64,000 nt of DNA, taken from NCBI RefSeq assembly GCF_009914755.1, contig NC_060930.1; one strand, written 5' to 3'. The stretch's first letter is position 1, and each line of letters starts with the position of its first letter. Under the pieces are notes generated by a model. The model was not told where the DNA came from and made no database searches. It saw nothing but the letters and a program-made list of their open reading frames with translations. This document shows, piece after piece, positions 57,601 to 64,000 of the stretch. A program made the translations under genes and the position numbers. Origin of the DNA: the human T2T-CHM13v2.0 reference genome, Homo sapiens.

Positions 57601-58883
57601 TCAGCAATTCTGCAGAGCTGAAATGTAGTTACAGTGTTGAAAAAAAGAAAGCAACTTAGTTTTTTTTGTTTTTGTTTTTTCCCCAAAGAGTTTAAAGTGA
57701 GATACAGTACTTGTTGAATGAGAGACCAAGATGCTTGGTAATAAAGTGTGAACAGTATTTTTAAATGCTTAAAGATAGTAATATATGCTCATCTTCAAAA
57801 TCTAATTCCTCATGTCACACTGGAATCTGAAAAAAAAAAAAAGTGGCACCCGAGTTGTCCATAGTCATGAACTATAAACAGTACTAGAGTTCAAAGACAA
57901 AAAGATTTCGCAAACTCAACGTGAAGAGCTTCTGTTGCTCTCACTGAAGGGCAGTTTGCATCTACCTCTTGGGAGTGAAGTCAATGCAATAACCTGATTG
58001 GTTTTCCTAACACTGCACAGAAACCAGCGTGGGTGTTCGCTCTCTCCCTCTCCCCCACCCCCAACCCCCCTTACCCCATGTGGGGCCATGACAGCAGGGG
58101 CTTCCCTGTCCACCACAACACCCTGGTGACATCGCTGCACTAGTAAAAAGCAGAAATGAAATCCCGCATGTGGCAGTTGCTCTTTAAAAAAAATATATAT
58201 CAGTGCAGTCAGGCCCCATAGGGGGAAATATATATCTATACAATTAAAAGTTGCTTTTATTGTAAAATATGTTGGAGAGAAAAATGTTCTTTTAAATGGT
58301 TAACTTTCCAAATCTGCCATCTGACGCGTCTCCGCGATGCCCTGAAGCTGGGTTCCTGATGTTGATTTTGCACGTGGGAACCCCAGGAGGACACTGCTCT
58401 GAACCCCCCCGGCCCATGCCGATAGCAAGAGAGTGAGGCAGAGGGAGGCAGAGAAAAAGAGACCCTCACTCGCCGCCACAGCGCCTGTGCACCCCCACAT
58501 GCGTGCAACCCTGCACCCCTGCAGGACTCTTCCCACGGGACTTTTCTCCTGACACTAGCGGGAGTCAGCGCCCCCGGCTGCTTCTGTGCCGCTAGAGAAG
58601 GCAGGCACTGTGAAGCCCCGTTCCTTTCTTCCCCGGGGATGCCTGGAGCCCTGACCGCTCCTGCTGTGCCCTTCCTCCCGCCCGCTCACTGACAGACACT
58701 CGTGGAAAAAGCATATGCACCAGTCTCCTGCGACACACCTGCTGTAACTCTAATGACAAGGTTAGAACAGAAACCTAAAATTAAGAAGATAACATGTAAA
58801 TACTGTGTTATTTTAGCCTACAGTACAGTAATCTGGATACAAATGATAAGGGAGAGCCACGTTTCCTTTCCCCCACGCTGCCT
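51668..58883 (-). other. ATXN1: ATXN1 long 3'UTR (~7.2 kb; end approximate)
   Basis: Repeat-poor, AU-rich stretch from the stop to the distal AATAAA; many miRNA seed sites; a long UTR is known for ATXN1. Confidence 0.88.
51685..51690 (-). terminator. ATXN1 distal polyA signal AATAAA
   Basis: tttatt on +; upstream UGUA elements and downstream GU-rich gtgtgtctttg on -. Confidence 0.8.
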
Positions 58884-59414
58884 CTACTTGCCTACATTAG
58901 ACCGGCCTTCAATGCAAATCTTAACCTCCTGAGGAATTAGAGAAGGCTTAGGAAGAGTCAAAGGTGGTTCGTCTTCTGACTTCTCCAGTTTGCGGCTCTC
59001 TGGCGCCGACCACCTCCTCTTCCTCGTTGCCGCGGGCTTGCTGGGTTCTATTTTGGTGAGGAAGGGCGCTGCAGGCAATCCCATTTTCTCTGGAAACTTC
59101 AGTTCGCCATTCTCAGAGAGCATCTGGGCACTCCCCTGGTTGATTCCGTTTTCCTGCTCGGCATACCTGTGTCTGCTGCCCGCCAGGCCGTCGGCCTTTG
59201 AGTGCTTCAGCAGGACGCTGGCGGGATCCACGGGCTGGCCCTTTTTAACAGAGCCGTTCTTCAGGTTCTTGAGGGTAAGCGAGATGCAGACATCCCCAAC
59301 TGAGAGTTTGGAACACGGCAAATCAAAGAGCTGGCTGGTTCTCTCCGGACAGCAGGATGACCAGCCCTGTCCAAACACAAAAAAAGGATACTCTACCAAA
59401 ACTTCAACGCTGAC
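58884..59414 (-). CDS. ATXN1: Ataxin-1 last coding exon, 176 aa + stop (VSVEVLVEYPFFVFGQGWSSC...RKRRWSAP...EGRSNVGK*)
   Basis: Minus-strand acceptor tttccacag|GTC at 59415/59414; TAG at 58884-58886; C-terminal AXH residues; NLS / phospho-Ser776 motif RKRRWSAP at 59001-59024. Confidence 0.98.
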   Translation of the reverse strand, partial: VSVEVLVEYPFFVFGQGWSSCCPERTSQLFDLPCSKLSVGDVCISLTLKNLKNGSVKKGQPVDPASVLLKHSKADGLAGSRHRYAEQENGINQGSAQMLSENGELKFPEKMGLPAAPFLTKIEPSKPAATRKRRWSAPESRKLEKSEDEPPLTLPKPSLIPQEVKICIEGRSNVGK

Positions 59415-59853
59415 CTGTGGAAACAGGGAGAGACAGAGAGAGGAAGAAGGAAGGGAACAAATGAAAACATTTTATTCTTGTTTGATTTTATGCACACACA
59501 CAGGTATGAACTCACACAGACACACACAGGCTGAATGGGGGAAAATGACTCAGTTTGCAAACCTCCCTCTCCCCCAGCCACACACTATAAATGAGGCTCT
59601 TCTCTTTGGGTTGTACCTGTACTTGCCATAGGCAGAAGCCAGTGAAAAGGTCATCAATATTCAAAATATTCCATCAAGTGTTAGCTCTATAGCTGGTCTC
59701 TGTTAGAACCAGTCAATCGAACCCCAGTAATGACAGAGCACCCACTTAGCTTTCAGCACCAAGCTAGGCTCTGCAGGTGGCTCACAAGCCCAGCGCGGTC
59801 TTAGATTTTATGAGCTCAATGGACAACTGCTATTATCATACAGGACAGGACTA

Positions 59854-60248
<395 letters not shown>

Positions 60249-60427
60249 GTCAATTTCCAATGTCCTTTCTAGATGTAGTAGACTAGGTAATTTGGACCAA
60301 CCCTCCTTCTGAGGACAACTAAAAACTCTGAACAAAAATATAAGCAAACAAATAAATTTAAAAACTCTGGACAAAATGTTTAAACTTTTTTTCTTATAGT
60401 ACTGGACAGCAAATAAGATAGTAAAAA

Positions 60428-61040
<613 letters not shown>

Positions 61041-61485
61041 TTAAGAGCATAGGGAACAGGTAATGGAGTTCAGGATACACCAAGGGAGGGTGTTCTCTGG
61101 TGAGCCCCATTCTTTTGAGTTGTGACCCCAAAGCACTGTCCCTTAGAGGAGACAGTGAACCACAAGCCAACAGGCCTTTCAAGGTCTGAAGCTCAGATTG
61201 ACTCATCTGAGTCCCTAAAACTGGATTAAGGTCTTGAATTACTTTCACAATTTTGCAAATAAAAGCATTCAATTTAAAAAAGGGGGGTGGTGGTCATGAG
61301 GAGACCAGATAGCTTGTATAAGCACTAGCAAAATATCAGATCTTAAAAAAGGATGCACCAGGGCTTCTCATATAGAGTCATACATATAGACTTTACAAAG
61401 ACTATGCTTACAATAATTAAGAAGATTAAAGACAGCTTGAGAATTTTGATAGGAAACTAGAATCTGTTTTTAAAAGATCCATGAA

Positions 61486-61818
61486 GCCAGGCATGGTGGC
61501 TCATGCCTGTAATCTCAGTACTTTGGGAGGCTGAGACAGGGAGGATCACTTGAGGCCAGGAGTTTCAGACCAGTCTGGGCAACAAAATGAGACCCCGTTT
61601 CTACAGAAATTTAAAAAAAAATAGCCTAGTGTGGTGATGCGTGCCTGTAGTCCCAACTACTCAGGAGGCTGAGGCAGGAGGATCTTGAGCCCAGGAGTTA
61701 GAGGTTGCAGTGAGCTATGATCACAAGACTGCACTCCAGCCTGGACAACAGAGTGAGACTCTGTCTCTAAAAAAAAAATAAATAAATAATAATAATAATA
61801 ATAATTAATTAATTAAAA
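61486..61818 (+). mobile_element. AluJ-like with (AAT)n tail
   Basis: TSD-like aaaag(a/g)tc(c/t)atga. Confidence 0.88.
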
Positions 61819-62291
61819 AAGGTCTATGAGAATTGTAGAATTAAAATATACACCACTGAAATCAAGAATGCAATGAGCTTTCCAGTTGAATAGACATGGA
61901 TTAAGAAAGAATTCAGGAACTGGATTCTCTAATTAGAGCTTTAGAAGAGACTCCACAGAGTGAACATAGAGACAAAAAGATGGTCAATATGGAGGAGAGG
62001 GTAAGAGACACATAGGATACATTGAGAGGGGCTAACAGACACATAATTTGAATCCTAGGAGGAGGAAGAGAGGGAGATAATAGGGCAGAAGTTAATACTT
62101 GAGGAGGTAATGGCTAAGAATTTTCCCAAACTGAAGAAGGATAATAAGACAGTTTCAAGAAGGCCTAGCCCCAAACAGGAAAAATAAACAAAAAGAAATC
62201 CTCACTGAGGCAGATGAGAATTAAACTGCTATAAATCAAAGACATCTTGTAAACTAAACAGGAAAAAATATCGTTAAAAGCCTCTAGAACA

Positions 62292-62618
62292 GGCTGGGTG
62301 TGGTGGCTCCTGCCTGTAATCCCAGCACTTTGGGAGGCCGAGGTGGGTGGATTACCTGAGGTCAGGAGTTTGAGACCAGTCTGGCCAACATGGTGAAACC
62401 CCATCTCTACTAAAAATGCAAAAATTAGCTGGGCATGGTGGCAGGAACCTGTAATCCCAGCTACTCGGGGGGCTGAGGCAGGAGAATCACTTGAACCCGG
62501 GAGGCGGAGGTTGCAGTGAGCCAAGATCGTTGCAGTGAGCCAAGATCGTTGCAGTGAGCCAAGATCATTCCATCACACTCTAGACTGGGCGACAATAGAG
62601 AAACTCCATTAAAAAAAA
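62292..62618 (+). mobile_element. AluS with internal 19-bp triplication
   Basis: TSD aaaagcctctagaaca; gttgcagtgagccaagatc x3. Confidence 0.9.
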
Positions 62619-62900
62619 AAAGCCTCTAGAACAAAATACATATTATCTCCAAATAAGCAACAATGGAACTCACAGTTTACATCTCAACAAAAATAATGGA
62701 AGCCAGTAGACAATGGAGACAATGGAATATCTTTACAGTGCTAAAGAAAAAGAATTGTCAATGGAGAATTCTATATGGAGCAAAAAGATCCTTCCAGAAT
62801 GAAGGCAAAATAGAGACATGTTCAGACAAACAGTAATTAAAAGAATTCACCATCAACAGATCTGCATTATAGAAAATACTAAAAGGTATTCTTTAGGTAG

Positions 62901-63327
<427 letters not shown>

Positions 63328-64000
63328 CCATTGGATTTTATACACATTCAGACACACAAAAACACACATGCATAATTGAAGTACCAAAAAAACTTTAAAA
63401 GTAGTAGATTTCCACAGATTGTTGCTTTTCTACTTCATCTTCTTTGTTTCCTTTGTTAACTCTGATTGATCTAGTTCTGATACATTTCTAGAATGACAGA
63501 CTTTACTGGATCCATACAAGGCATATTTTTAGAAGAGACAACTTGAGTACATTCATATGGCAGCTTGTAAGCATGAACCCCTACTCCTGTGTGTATTACT
63601 GGGGGAAAGTTTCATTGTTCTGGGCTATTTTTATAATGTGAAGCAAGCTAAAAGTTTTTGAGTGCCTACTCTCTGTCAAGCTCTCAGGTACAAACTTTAC
63701 AAAAAGTATTTTGTTTAATGTTCATAATAGTATTAGTATGGAATAGTATTGCTCTTCCAATTTTGTAAATTTTACGAATAGTCACAGAGAGATTAAGTCA
63801 CTTGCCTAATGTCATAGCTATTAGCTAATGGGTTTAGGATTTTATCCCAGTCATTGGCCCCCAAACCCATTTTCTTTTTTCTGTGCCTCCTGACCTCTAC
63901 CCTTGTGAGCAAAGACATTACAATGCCACCAAAAGAGATGAACTAAGCATTCCTGCTACCCCCCAACAGTGGTGAATATTGACTGAAATAAGTAGGATCC

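Noticed and set aside
58990-59631. 213-aa + strand ORF
   Set aside because: TTG start; antisense shadow of the ATXN1 coding exon; no independent evidence.

Overview
Human (great-ape) genomic DNA, recognisable as chr6p22.3. The + strand carries coding exons 3-9 and the 3'UTR of GMPR (GMP reductase 1), with all splice sites GT-AG and in frame to a TAA at 47739-47741. The - strand carries the last coding exon of ATXN1 (ataxin-1; C-terminal AXH part, RKRRWSAP motif) and its ~7.2-kb 3'UTR; the two genes converge about 3.5 kb apart. GMPR intron 4 holds an antisense 5.84-kb HERV-H provirus with two LTR7s, a His PBS and a CCTTT TSD. About 570 bp away is a sense solo LTR12 whose U5 is unusually rebuilt: four perfect 29-bp palindromes at 53-bp period, plus a tandem duplication that copied an AluY and a fifth palindrome. 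A second sense LTR12C lies in intron 7. Both sense LTR12s appear to have lost their R-region polyA signal. The rest is Alu, L1, L2, MIR, MaLR and MER repeats. There are no prokaryotic systems or CRISPR, and nearly all ORF-track entries are repeat or shadow ORFs. The LTR12 palindrome array is the most unusual structure, but its function is only a hypothesis.
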